From contig CAZFHY010000002.1 in assembly GCA_964519305.1 (NCBI GenBank), positions 64,001 through 128,000 on the forward strand: a stretch of 64,000 nucleotides of DNA, written 5' to 3'. Positions 19,321-28,452 of the stretch are shown here, in pieces. Below the pieces are notes generated by a model. That model did no database searches. It was not told the origin of the DNA and saw only the letters and a program-made list of their open reading frames with translations. Position numbers and translations under genes: made by a program. Positions within the stretch are counted from its first letter, which is position 1. Each line of letters opens with the position of its first letter. The DNA comes from Candidatus Undinarchaeota archaeon (GTDB taxonomy: Archaea; SpSt-1190; JASMDC01).

Positions 19321-19401
19321 ATCATTTCAATCCTGGCGGGGGGGCCAGAGTAAGGATGTGTCATCATCGTATTTAAAGTTGCCAAGCGCGGTGCCCAAAC
19401 G

Positions 19402-20136
19402 TCATCGCACGATGCCTGCGGGCGTCACGCGTTCCAGACCGTTCTCTGCGGTCCTGACGTACACATCGTTATCGAACAGACCTGCCACGTCGACCGCCAT
19501 CTCTACGAGCTCGTCTCGGCTGTAGCTGGGTTCATCAGTGTACTCGGGGTCCAGTGTACCCTCCGATCCCCGGAACTGCTGGATTGTGAGACGGTCGGCG
19601 CGGATCGTGCGGGCGATGTCCAGGAGGTCCTCCTGTGTGTGGAGTCGCGGTACTACCGTGGTACGGGCCTCAAGGTACTTACTACGTGCGATGTCCTTTG
19701 AACGGCGGACGAGTTCCACGATACCCGGGAACTCCCGGCCGATGACCCGTTCGTATTGTTCTTGGACCAGGGGTGCCTTCACGTCGATAGCGACGTAGTC
19801 GACGAGGTCGATGAGCGCCTTTAACTTGTCGGGATGCGTGCCGTTCGTATCGATCTTGACCAGGAGGCCCATCTCCTTGATGCTCTTGACGAGGGGCAGG
19901 ATGTCCTGGAGCAGTGGTTCACCTCCCGTGATCGTCACAGCGTCGAGGAAGTCAGCAGACCCGCGGAGCTCGGCGAGAATATCCTCTTCACTACGCTCTT
20001 TGCAGTCCTCCCCGCTGATCAGGCTGCGGTTCTGGCAGTATGGGCAGCGGAGGTTGCACCCTCCAAGGAAAATCACGGCAGAGAGCTTGCCGGGGTAGTC
20101 CACGGTGCTCATATGAGCTATCGGAGCAAGGAGCAC
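19402..20136 (-). CDS. nrdG: Anaerobic ribonucleoside-triphosphate reductase activating protein (radical SAM)
   Basis: STVDYPGK, GCNLRCPYCQN, TGGEP, KIDTNG and DVKAP motifs. Confidence 0.9.
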   Translation of the reverse strand: MLLAPIAHMSTVDYPGKLSAVIFLGGCNLRCPYCQNRSLISGEDCKERSEEDILAELRGSADFLDAVTITGGEPLLQDILPLVKSIKEMGLLVKIDTNGTHPDKLKALIDLVDYVAIDVKAPLVQEQYERVIGREFPGIVELVRRSKDIARSKYLEARTTVVPRLHTQEDLLDIARTIRADRLTIQQFRGSEGTLDPEYTDEPSYSRDELVEMAVDVAGLFDNDVYVRTAENGLERVTPAGIVR

Positions 20137-20137
20137 T

Positions 20138-20416
20138 TCACTGGCCTGCGCGCTTGATTATCTCTGCGATGAGCTGATCCTCTGAGGGGACCTCGCCACG
20201 GAACACAGCTTCCTCACCGATGGCGATGGATGGAGTGGACATGACCTGATAGAGAAGGCCCGTGACCATGTCCGTTGAGAGATCTACATGCTTGACCTCG
20301 ATCTTGTCTGAGCGACTGGCCACCTTGTCCACGACATCCTTGGCGGCGGGACAGTTGGCGCATTTCGGCATGGTGAACACCGTCACGGTGACGGATTTCT
20401 TGAGCTCAAGGTCCAT
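20138..20416 (-). CDS. Thioredoxin/glutaredoxin-like protein
   Basis: CANCPAAK, VMSTP and FRGEVP motifs. Confidence 0.85.
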   Translation of the reverse strand: MDLELKKSVTVTVFTMPKCANCPAAKDVVDKVASRSDKIEVKHVDLSTDMVTGLLYQVMSTPSIAIGEEAVFRGEVPSEDQLIAEIIKRAGQ

Positions 20417-20510
20417 GGTCCCTCGCGGAAGGGCCAAGCTTTAAGACCCTATTGGCCGGGCACCGAACCTCTCCAATCCCTTAATAAATCTTGTCAGGGT
20501 CCGCGACCTC

Positions 20511-21584
20511 ATGGAGACATGGGCTCGCCGGGCTTCCCGCAAGGGACACCTGGGGCCCTATGAACTGGAGCTGGGGACACGCATAATCAGGCTATTCCTC
20601 CGTCATGGTGCGTCCGATGCTGCCCAGCGGAGCGCAGATGCACTTACCGAGGCCCTTGGTGAGGCAGCGAACTCATGGGAGCGCTGGGAGCGGTACGGTC
20701 TGGCAGCAGAGGAGCTGGAAGCAGCGTCCGCCCTCCGGCAGATGGTCGGTGACGCTGAGAGTTGCAAGGTTCTTTCCCGCAAGGCCATAGTACTGCGCAA
20801 GCGTGAGGCCAAGCAGGACGTAAAAGTGTTGAAAGAAGCCCAACGCATCATCGCAGAGCATCGTTCGATATTTGAGAGTGGTGAGATGACTTGGGAAGAC
20901 CTACTATGGCTCCACGATGCAGCAGTGACTGTCCATTCACATCTCTGCAGGGATGTGGGGCCTGACGACGACCATTACGTCATTGTAGAGGCCTCTTGGG
21001 AGCGGCTCCTTCAAAAGCGGGATGAACTGGCAGTGCTGGACGTCATTAGGGGCTGCCCGGACTGCAGAACTGCGTTGTTGCCCCTGGTTTGTGCCCAAGA
21101 TCTACCCGCAGTAACCCTCCACTTCTGTCCTCAATGCGGACGGTGTTTCGGAACACGCTCTGCACTAGGATGGCGTGGACGGGGGCCGGTTGTGCTCACG
21201 CTCACTCGCGTAACCAATGTATCGCTCTCCGAGCGATTGTACACGATATTACGCGAGGATAGGGGAGCAGTCCATCTAGTGGTAAATCCCGACCGTAAGA
21301 TAGTCCTTGGCTTCGAGCTCACGACTTCTGGTCCCGTTGCGTTCAAGCCGGGGACCGCAGTTATCTATTCCGGTCTGGACGAGCCCTTGCGCTACTTGGC
21401 ACTTGAGGGTGGTCCCACGCTCGATGCCCTCCTGACGGCCTGGGGTGAGCACAGAGAGCATTTCCAGCATGTCGAAGAGGAGCTAACGCGTGCCCTCAGG
21501 GAGGAGACTGCCCGGTTGCTGGAGGAATCGGACCTATTGGAAAAGGCTGGTGCGACGCCGGTAGTGGGGCCCCCTGCGGGGTAA
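20511..21584 (+). CDS. Hypothetical protein with helical N-terminus and internal Zn ribbon
   Basis: CPDC...FCPQCG pair in a 357-aa ORF. Confidence 0.6.
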   Translation: METWARRASRKGHLGPYELELGTRIIRLFLRHGASDAAQRSADALTEALGEAANSWERWERYGLAAEELEAASALRQMVGDAESCKVLSRKAIVLRKREAKQDVKVLKEAQRIIAEHRSIFESGEMTWEDLLWLHDAAVTVHSHLCRDVGPDDDHYVIVEASWERLLQKRDELAVLDVIRGCPDCRTALLPLVCAQDLPAVTLHFCPQCGRCFGTRSALGWRGRGPVVLTLTRVTNVSLSERLYTILREDRGAVHLVVNPDRKIVLGFELTTSGPVAFKPGTAVIYSGLDEPLRYLALEGGPTLDALLTAWGEHREHFQHVEEELTRALREETARLLEESDLLEKAGATPVVGPPAG

Positions 21585-21595
21585 TGACCCCGCCC

Positions 21596-21666
21596 GCGGC
21601 GATGATGAGAGCTTTTGTCTCGCAGGGCCTTTGGCCCGATGATGCGTGACGGGCGATCTGAGCCGC
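21596..21666 (+). ncRNA. Box C/D guide sRNA, predicted target 16S rRNA C1402 (E. coli numbering)
   Basis: Terminal stem GCGGC/GCCGC; C box ATGATGA 21602-08; 12-nt guide; degenerate D' CGCA; GGGCC-TTT-GGCCC hairpin; C' ATGATGC; 12-nt guide GTGACGGGCGAT complementary to the conserved 16S CGCCCGUCA; D box CTGA 21658-61. Confidence 0.85.
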
Positions 21667-21745
21667 TGGCCCCTGACGGTTTAAAATCGGGATACTGCAT
21701 CGAGATTTTTAACATCACAAGTACACAAGATGTTATGGAAGGCAT

Positions 21746-22459
21746 CTATGCAACACTAGAGTGTAGATAGTACAGTCCGACCACGATGAAGATGAAAGCT
21801 GTAATCTTCCTCAACACAATCTCAACTGATGTAACCTGCTTAACGATGCGTTCGACCGAACTGTATCCCAGACTGAGGATAAGAGCGAACACAGCCACGG
21901 GTAAGGCGGTCCCTACGCCGAAGATGGGTGGAAGTAGAACTCCTCCAGTTGTCTTCAATGAGAGCGGTATGAGCAGCGCAAAGAAGAACACAGCACTATA
22001 AGGACAGAACGCAAGAGCAAGCAGAGCGCCCAGAAGAAAGGAACCCAAGGTTCCGGATTCCCCTGCTTTTAACCGGAGTCTTTCCATGAAGGTGCTACCG
22101 CTTGGAAGTCCAAGGGGGAGCAGGTCCGCAAGGACGAGGCCACCCAGGATAAGTATAGGTCCCATGAGGCTATTGCCCCATGACTGGAGGGGGAGGGCGA
22201 CCTCGCTGGCCTTCAGCCCGATAGTGACGAGGAGGACACCCAGTATCGAATATGTGAATACACGCCCGAGGGTGTAAAGTGAAGCGGCCACGAATGTGTC
22301 TCTGGGACGTGTCATATTCCTGGAAATATAGGCGATAGCAGCAATATTGGACGCTAGGGGACAGGGGCTGATGGACGTAACGAGACCTAACAGGAACGCT
22401 GTTACGGGTGCAACCTGTGAGGAATCGACCATCAATAATACTTGCTCAACGAGGCTCAT
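21746..22459 (-). CDS. ArsG-family / CcdA-like membrane protein
   Basis: SISPCPLASNIAAI and LAFCPYS motifs, about six TM helices. Confidence 0.85.
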   Translation of the reverse strand: MSLVEQVLLMVDSSQVAPVTAFLLGLVTSISPCPLASNIAAIAYISRNMTRPRDTFVAASLYTLGRVFTYSILGVLLVTIGLKASEVALPLQSWGNSLMGPILILGGLVLADLLPLGLPSGSTFMERLRLKAGESGTLGSFLLGALLALAFCPYSAVFFFALLIPLSLKTTGGVLLPPIFGVGTALPVAVFALILSLGYSSVERIVKQVTSVEIVLRKITAFIFIVVGLYYLHSSVA

Positions 22460-23253
22460 CCCAGACCACCGAGCTTGGCCTTCAAGAGTGGTCGGAAGTA
22501 GTCCACGAATTGTTCCTGCTCATTGTTCACGTACCATGCCCTCGTGTTCTCCTCGATGTGCTCTTCTCCATCCTTGACAACGTTCAGAAAGAGAGAGGAT
22601 GACTTGACGCCATACTTCTTCGCGATTTCCGCGTTCTCAGGTAGTTCCACGTTGATCGATTCGTAAGTGATGACGCCGTTCTTTAGCTCTTCGGCGAAAA
22701 ATGTCCGGATGGTGTACTCAGCGAACTTGGCTATGTTCCTGCACCCCGTGCACTGTTGATGGCCGTGGAAGTGGCGCACATGGATGCGATCGACCGCATA
22801 TTTTTTCACTGAGGGCGTGGACGTCGGATCGAGCGTGGGTGATGGTTGAAATGGAAGGTCGCAGGATTCGCCAGTACAGTCGACCTCTGCGCCATCGGTA
22901 CAGAAATGGTCTAGGCCGCAATGTTGTTCTCCAGCACAGTGTGCATCCGAGGAGCAGCACGTCTTTCCAGCTGCACAGCATATGCTCCAGCGGCAGTTAC
23001 CGCCTCTGCATTCCGATGTAGAGAGGCAAGGCTCACCGTTTGCTCTGAGTGACGAACCATCATCATCGATATAACTTAATGGGCCGGTGTCGACACGGGG
23101 GCCTATCTCGATCGTGTCTCCCGTCTGGAACCTGTCAACGGTGATGGTCATTAGACCGATTAGCAGCGTAGCTAGGATTATCTTGTTCGCGACCATCTCG
23201 AAGGTCCAACCGGATGCCCGCCCGGTCTCAGGCATCCCGCTCAGCTCAACCAT
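22456..23253 (-). CDS. ArsF-family thioredoxin-fold protein with N-terminal TM and inserted Cys-rich module
   Basis: HFHGHQQCTGC, INVELPEN and KYGVKSSSLFL. Start uncertain (possibly MVANK). Confidence 0.75.
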   Translation of the reverse strand: MVELSGMPETGRASGWTFEMVANKIILATLLIGLMTITVDRFQTGDTIEIGPRVDTGPLSYIDDDGSSLRANGEPCLSTSECRGGNCRWSICCAAGKTCCSSDAHCAGEQHCGLDHFCTDGAEVDCTGESCDLPFQPSPTLDPTSTPSVKKYAVDRIHVRHFHGHQQCTGCRNIAKFAEYTIRTFFAEELKNGVITYESINVELPENAEIAKKYGVKSSSLFLNVVKDGEEHIEENTRAWYVNNEQEQFVDYFRPLLKAKLGGLG

Positions 23254-23471
23254 TTCCGGAGCTCCTCTTCATGTGGGACCCGTCCCGAACACTTGATATC
23301 ACCATCAATGGCCAGGGCAGGGATCATCATGATACCACGTTCGATAATCTCATCGAGGTCACTGATCTTGCTCACGTCGGCATGCGGATCCAGCTCCGAA
23401 ACGACCTTCATTACCAACGCTTCGAGGGCGGTGCACGCGGGGCAGCCGGTGCCGAAGACCTCGATTCTCAT
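23241..23471 (-). CDS. Small redox-active disulfide protein (thioredoxin family)
   Basis: MRIEVFGTGCPAC...GIMMIPALAIDG....GRVP. Confidence 0.9.
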   Translation of the reverse strand: MRIEVFGTGCPACTALEALVMKVVSELDPHADVSKISDLDEIIERGIMMIPALAIDGDIKCSGRVPHEEELRKWLS

Positions 23472-23498
23472 TAAGCTGTTAACTGGTAGCCAACATTT

Positions 23499-23535
23499 AT
23501 ATGAATATCCGTACATATGAATACTCGTACATATG
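23499..23535. promoter_or_regulatory. Probable ArsR operator between divergent ars transcripts
   Basis: Tandem 16-mers ATATGAATATCCGTAC / ATATGAATACTCGTAC plus ATATG, overlapping a TTTATA box and running into the arsR start codon. Confidence 0.65.
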
Positions 23536-23835
23536 GATGTCGAACGCCTGTTCCGGTGTCTGGACGATAGTACACGCCGTCGCATCCTCCTCTTCCTTGG
23601 GAAGGACGAGAGATGCGTATGCGAGATCGTCGAGCACCTGGACCGGGACCAGTCGCTCACCTCCCACCACCTCAAGCGTCTGAGGGAATGCGGGCTGGTG
23701 CAGAGCCGTCGGGATGGGAAACGTATCATGTACCGTGTGACCGATCCCTCCCTCATCGTGCTCCTTCGTGATGCCGAGCACGTTACCGGGACGATCGATG
23801 GTATCTGTCGGTGCGTGGAGTGCGACAAGGACTAG
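23533..23835 (+). CDS. arsR: ArsR/SmtB family repressor
   Basis: ERCVCEI metal site, SHHLKRLRECGLV HTH, C-terminal CRCVEC. Confidence 0.92.
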   Translation: MDVERLFRCLDDSTRRRILLFLGKDERCVCEIVEHLDRDQSLTSHHLKRLRECGLVQSRRDGKRIMYRVTDPSLIVLLRDAEHVTGTIDGICRCVECDKD

Positions 23836-23886
23836 AGGGGTTGACGTCCATAAGAGCTGAATGATCAACGAGAACGGTGGACAACC

Positions 23887-25020
23887 ATGGGGAAAAATGA
23901 CGAGAAGATGGACAAGGGGTCCAAAGGGACGACCACAGAGGAGATAACCGCGGGACGCGGTCTGAGCTTCTTCGAGCGATACCTCTCTCTATGGGTCATC
24001 CTCTGCATCGTTGCAGGGATCGTCCTCGGGAGAGTTGCCCCTGGCGTTGCCACGTCCCTGGACCAGATGGCCGTGTACCAGGTGTCTATCCCCATCGCGA
24101 TATGCTTGTTCTTCATGATGTACCCCATCATGGTGAAGATCGACTTCGCCGAAGTGGTCAAGGCAGGCAAGACCCCCAAACCGGTCGCGCTCACCCTGTT
24201 CGTCAACTGGTGCGTGAAGCCCTTCACCATGTACCTCATCGCCTCATTCTTCCTAGGGTCCATGTTCGCTCCGCATCTGGTGGGTACCGAGATAATCAAG
24301 GATGGAAGACAGGTGGAACTGTTCCGCTCCTACATAGCCGGCGCCATTCTTCTGGGCATCGCTCCCTGTACGGCCATGGTGCTCGTGTGGAGCCATCTTG
24401 CCAGGGCTAATATGGGCCACACCCTGGTGATGGTCGCTATCAACTCTCTGACCATGCTGTTCCTGTACGCACCGCTGGGCGGCTATCTACTGGGCGTGAA
24501 CGCCCTACCCATCCCCTGGCAGACCATCGTGCTCTCGGTAGTTGTGTACGTGGGTCTCCCTCTGGTCGCAGGTTACTTCACAAGGAAATGGATCATCGAG
24601 AACAAGGGTATGGAGTACTTCGAGGAGAACTTCCTGCCGCATCTGGGCACCGTCTCTATCGGGGCGCTGCTTGTGACCCTGGTCCTCCTGTTCTCGTTCA
24701 AGGGGGACGTCATACTGAAGCATCCCGGTACCATCTTCTACATAGCGGTCCCCCTGTTCATACAGACCATCCTCATATTCGTGCTCGGTTACGGTATTGC
24801 CAAGCTAATCGGGCTCTCGTACGAGAACGCCGCTCCCAGCGCCATCATCGGTGCGTCCAACCACTTCGAGGTGGCCATCGCAACGGCGACCATGCTGTTC
24901 GGACTGAGGTCCGGGGCCGCACTGGCCACGGTGGTGGGCGTGCTCATAGAAGTACCCGTGATGCTAATGCTCGTTGCTGTGTGCCTGCGAACGCAGGACT
25001 GGTTCCCCACAGAGGGATGA
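23887..25020 (+). CDS. acr3: Acr3-family arsenite efflux transporter
   Basis: [31 protein letters not shown] and GVLIEVP motifs. Confidence 0.96.
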   Translation: MGKNDEKMDKGSKGTTTEEITAGRGLSFFERYLSLWVILCIVAGIVLGRVAPGVATSLDQMAVYQVSIPIAICLFFMMYPIMVKIDFAEVVKAGKTPKPVALTLFVNWCVKPFTMYLIASFFLGSMFAPHLVGTEIIKDGRQVELFRSYIAGAILLGIAPCTAMVLVWSHLARANMGHTLVMVAINSLTMLFLYAPLGGYLLGVNALPIPWQTIVLSVVVYVGLPLVAGYFTRKWIIENKGMEYFEENFLPHLGTVSIGALLVTLVLLFSFKGDVILKHPGTIFYIAVPLFIQTILIFVLGYGIAKLIGLSYENAAPSAIIGASNHFEVAIATATMLFGLRSGAALATVVGVLIEVPVMLMLVAVCLRTQDWFPTEG

Positions 25021-25063
25021 TGGTGCCGTAACATTTAGGATTATTGTACAAAGGTGAACGACA

Positions 25064-25207
25064 ATGGCTGAAGAAAAGAAAGGCTGGCTCAAGGGATTAT
25101 TGGACAAGATGGACAGTGACCTGGAGGATAGGTCGAAGAAGAGCGGATGCTGTTGCTCTGGTAGTTCGTGCTGTCCACCGCCCAAGAAGAAGGACGAAGA
25201 GAAGTAG
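25064..25207 (+). CDS. 47-aa Cys-cluster peptide (absent from ORF track)
   Basis: MAEEKKGWLKGLLDKMDSDLEDRSKKSGCCCSGSSCCPPPKKKDEEK*. AGGTGA RBS upstream; stop lies 2 nt before the arsP ATG. Confidence 0.75.
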   Translation: MAEEKKGWLKGLLDKMDSDLEDRSKKSGCCCSGSSCCPPPKKKDEEK

Positions 25208-25209
25208 GG

Positions 25210-26187
25210 ATGGTAGATCCGTTCTACCCTGTCCAGGTCCTGGCGGACCGGACGGTCCTAGCTCTCCTCGGGACCGGCGAAGGTCCCGCTGCAGCAGCGC
25301 TGAACTTCTTCCTCTACGATACTGTGAAGATACTCCTGCTTCTCTTCGTGATGATCGCTGCTATCGGCGTGCTGCGGACATATCTGCCCCGCAAGCGGGT
25401 GAAGGAATGGCTGACGCGGGGGCCTCCCGGCCGGGGGAACGTGCTCGCTGCGGTGTTCGGTGCGATTTCTCCCTTCTGCTCGTGCTCCTCTGTCCCCATC
25501 TTCATCGGATTCATGGAAGCGGGCATTCCGCTCGGGATCGCATTTTCCTTCCTCATCACCTCACCGCTCATCAACGAGTACATAGCCATCATCATGCTCG
25601 GCGAGTTCGGCTGGCGTATCACAGCAGCGTACATCGCGAGCGGAATGACGATCGGTATCGTCGCGGGCATGGTGTTGGGCCGTATGGGGCTGGAAGTGCA
25701 CCTTGTCGAGGACCTCGTGTCGCCTGACGAGGAGCTGGATGACGAGGAGTTCGGTTCCATGAGAGAGCGTGTGGACTTCGGCCTGGAAGAGGCCCGCGAT
25801 ATCGTGGGTAAGGTATGGCGCTGGGTCGTGGCGGGCGTCGCGATCGGTGCGTTCCTCCATGGCTATGTACCAGCAGAGACCATCCAGGGCATCATCTCGA
25901 GGGGCGGTGTGTTCATGGTCCCGATCGCCACGGCCCTTGGAGTTCCGCTCTACGCCAACTGCAGCGCAGTGGTCCCTATCGCCGTGGTGCTCTTTCAGAA
26001 GGGCGTACCCCTGGGCACGGCACTCGCCTTTATGATGGCAACGGCAGCCCTCTCCGTCCCCGAGGCCGTCATCCTCCGACGGGCAATGAAGCTACCTCTG
26101 ATACTGGTGTTCTTCGGTACCGTCGCGGCCGGTATAGTTGTCACAGGCTACCTGTTCAACGTGCTGCAGGTCGTGCTCATCGGTTGA
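25210..26187 (+). CDS. arsP: ArsP/DUF318 permease
   Basis: FFLYDTVKI, PFCSCSSVP, GVPLY and GTALAFMM...LSVPE motifs. Confidence 0.92.
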   Translation: MVDPFYPVQVLADRTVLALLGTGEGPAAAALNFFLYDTVKILLLLFVMIAAIGVLRTYLPRKRVKEWLTRGPPGRGNVLAAVFGAISPFCSCSSVPIFIGFMEAGIPLGIAFSFLITSPLINEYIAIIMLGEFGWRITAAYIASGMTIGIVAGMVLGRMGLEVHLVEDLVSPDEELDDEEFGSMRERVDFGLEEARDIVGKVWRWVVAGVAIGAFLHGYVPAETIQGIISRGGVFMVPIATALGVPLYANCSAVVPIAVVLFQKGVPLGTALAFMMATAALSVPEAVILRRAMKLPLILVFFGTVAAGIVVTGYLFNVLQVVLIG

Positions 26188-26193
26188 AGGGGG

Positions 26194-26928
26194 CTAGTAT
26201 TCTCTCTCCTCGGTGTAGGGTATACCTGTGATGCCGAGCTCCTTCTCGGCCTTGCGCATGAACTCGAGCAGTCCCGGTAGCTCTGAGTCGTAGTGGCCGA
26301 GGAACACGACATTGAGCCCAGCCTCCTCGCAGCTGAGCAGTCCGTGGTACGAGCGCTCTCCTGTGACCAGGGTGTCGAGCCCCAGGGACTGCGCTTCGGC
26401 GACGACGTGACCCTTGGCACCACTACCTGTGACCACTCCTACACGGCGCACACCGCGGTCCGCCATGTGGACCGAGGCTGTGCTCATGCCTGCTAGGGCC
26501 TTGTGGAACGCCTCCGGATCGGTGGTCCCGTACACTCCCGCCTCGAATCCATCGAAAAATGCGAACCGGCCCTCGACCTTCACACCAAGGCGCTCGGCAA
26601 GCACGGGACCGTTGAAGACCGCGTCCAGTGGGAGATGGGCGGAGTATAGTGAGATATCGTTCGCGAGCAGCTTGCGGACCTTGCGTGCGACCGCACCTGT
26701 TATCCTAGGAATAGGACCATAGGTGATTGGGTGGTGTGTGACCAGAAGGTCGGCCCCTTCCTTCGCCGCGAACTCCACGGCACCCTCGGTGACGTCCAGG
26801 GCGAAGCACACCCGCTCGACGTCCTTCGATCCCTCGACATAGAGGTAGCTGACCTTCTCCGGGCAGATGGGGATCTCGAGCACATCGTTAGCGAACGACA
26901 GGAACCTGGTGAGCGGGATCGATGTCAT
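26194..26928 (-). CDS. Nif3-like dinuclear metal centre protein
   Basis: FALD, THHP, SAHLPLD, VTGE and GHYDSE motifs. Confidence 0.9.
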   Translation of the reverse strand: MTSIPLTRFLSFANDVLEIPICPEKVSYLYVEGSKDVERVCFALDVTEGAVEFAAKEGADLLVTHHPITYGPIPRITGAVARKVRKLLANDISLYSAHLPLDAVFNGPVLAERLGVKVEGRFAFFDGFEAGVYGTTDPEAFHKALAGMSTASVHMADRGVRRVGVVTGSGAKGHVVAEAQSLGLDTLVTGERSYHGLLSCEEAGLNVVFLGHYDSELPGLLEFMRKAEKELGITGIPYTEEREY

Positions 26929-26972
26929 GGAGTGTGTTCGACCGCTCAGGAATAAAAGTGCTACGTGCGCGC

Positions 26973-28376
26973 TCACTCCTCGTCAGGATCGTCCTCATCC
27001 TTCTCATCGGCGTCGCCGTCCTTTTGAGGTTCCTGATCATCTTCGTCGTCCTTCTGTTCGGTGGTCCCGCCAAGGAGGGCGATCATCAGCGATACACCAA
27101 GCCCCGGGAACAACGGATCGATAGCTGCAGGGGAAGTGAGCTTCCAGAGCACCGCGATCCCCGCACCTCCCACGATGGCGCCAACTGCCGCACGCTCAGG
27201 AAGGCGCTTTCCGAGTAGGAAGGCACCTGTGGGGACGGCGACACCGGAGATCCATACTGTGAGGAGGAAGATAAGGGCCGGAACGACCTGCTGGAACGCA
27301 AGGGCCAGCCCAAGGCTCACGACCGCGAGCAGGACGATGCATACCCGGATGGCTTTGACCGTGCCCGCCTCATCGAGGGATAGACGCTCTCTGAGCACAT
27401 CGTGTCCCAGTGAGCTCGCACCTGCATGGAGAAATGAATCAGCTGTGCTCATTATCGCAGCCAGCAATCCCACGAAGAAGAACGCTGCAAGCGCAGGGGG
27501 GAGTACTTGTTGTCCCAGCGCAAAGATGGCCTGGTCCGGATCCTCGACCTCTACGGTCGATGCGGCAACAAGGCCCGATGAAAGCACGCACAGGTCGATG
27601 GCGACCCAGATGGTGACGGATAGCACGAGCACGTTACGGATGTTGACGTCCTCGCGGGCTGCGAAGAACCGCTGGAACAATGGTGCCGAGGTCACAGGGA
27701 AAAGGAAGAGCAGCAGCGACCAAACGGCGATCTCCTGACCGGTAAGGTAGGCCATGGGATCGAAGTACTCGGGCGCGAGGGCCTGGGTGAAGTCCGGTGT
27801 ACCACGCACAGCAAAGAGAGCAAGAAGGACCATGGCCACAGCCATCAACACGAACTGAATCAGATCCGAGAACACAACCGCGCGCATACCGCCCATTAAT
27901 GTGTAGAGGGCTATCACCGTCGTTACCAGCACCATCGCGTGCGTCAGTGCCAGTTGCGGGAGGAGGAATCCAACGAGCTTTCCACCTGCGATGATGGATT
28001 CTGGCACGAGGCACAGAACGGCGAGAAGCACGGATGCCGCTGCGGCGGTCCCCCTTCCATGTTCCTTCCCTAGGAGATCGGGGAGGGTGTATGCTTCTAC
28101 TCCCTCAAGTCTGCGCAGGACGAGCACGAGCGACAGGGTTCCTAGATAGAACGGGACCATGAACCAGAGTGCACCGAGACCGAGCTGGTAGGTCAACGAT
28201 GCTCCGCCGATAACGGCGCTGGCACCGTAGAAGGTCGCGACGACGCTGGCAACGAGGAGGTGGAACGACAGGGACCTGTCCGCTAGGATGAAGTCACCGC
28301 TCGCCTCGTTCCCGCGCGTCCGGAGGCCGATGGCCAGAAGGATTATTATGTATCCGATGAGTAGCAACTCGTACAT
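26973..28376 (-). CDS. Sodium:solute symporter family protein
   Basis: DFILADR, YTLMGGMRAVVFSD, FQRFFAA and AAIMSTADS motifs. Start MYELL inferred. Confidence 0.9.
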   Translation of the reverse strand: MYELLLIGYIIILLAIGLRTRGNEASGDFILADRSLSFHLLVASVVATFYGASAVIGGASLTYQLGLGALWFMVPFYLGTLSLVLVLRRLEGVEAYTLPDLLGKEHGRGTAAAASVLLAVLCLVPESIIAGGKLVGFLLPQLALTHAMVLVTTVIALYTLMGGMRAVVFSDLIQFVLMAVAMVLLALFAVRGTPDFTQALAPEYFDPMAYLTGQEIAVWSLLLFLFPVTSAPLFQRFFAAREDVNIRNVLVLSVTIWVAIDLCVLSSGLVAASTVEVEDPDQAIFALGQQVLPPALAAFFFVGLLAAIMSTADSFLHAGASSLGHDVLRERLSLDEAGTVKAIRVCIVLLAVVSLGLALAFQQVVPALIFLLTVWISGVAVPTGAFLLGKRLPERAAVGAIVGGAGIAVLWKLTSPAAIDPLFPGLGVSLMIALLGGTTEQKDDEDDQEPQKDGDADEKDEDDPDEE

Positions 28377-28452
28377 GGGGGACGCACCTGATGGCGCTCC
28401 AATGAGCAATATTATAAGCTTCTCCCTCACCGTACAGCCTGCGTGATGGTGG

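Noticed and set aside
19402-20416. Novel radical SAM system
   Set aside because: Ordinary NrdG-type activase plus thioredoxin; nrdD is probably elsewhere in the genome.
23472-23828. N-terminal extension of the 195-aa thioredoxin ORF
   Set aside because: It is antisense to arsR; the real start is MRIEV at 23471.
25044-25727. 227-aa ORF overlapping arsP
   Set aside because: Alternative frame; the region is better explained by the 47-aa peptide and arsP.
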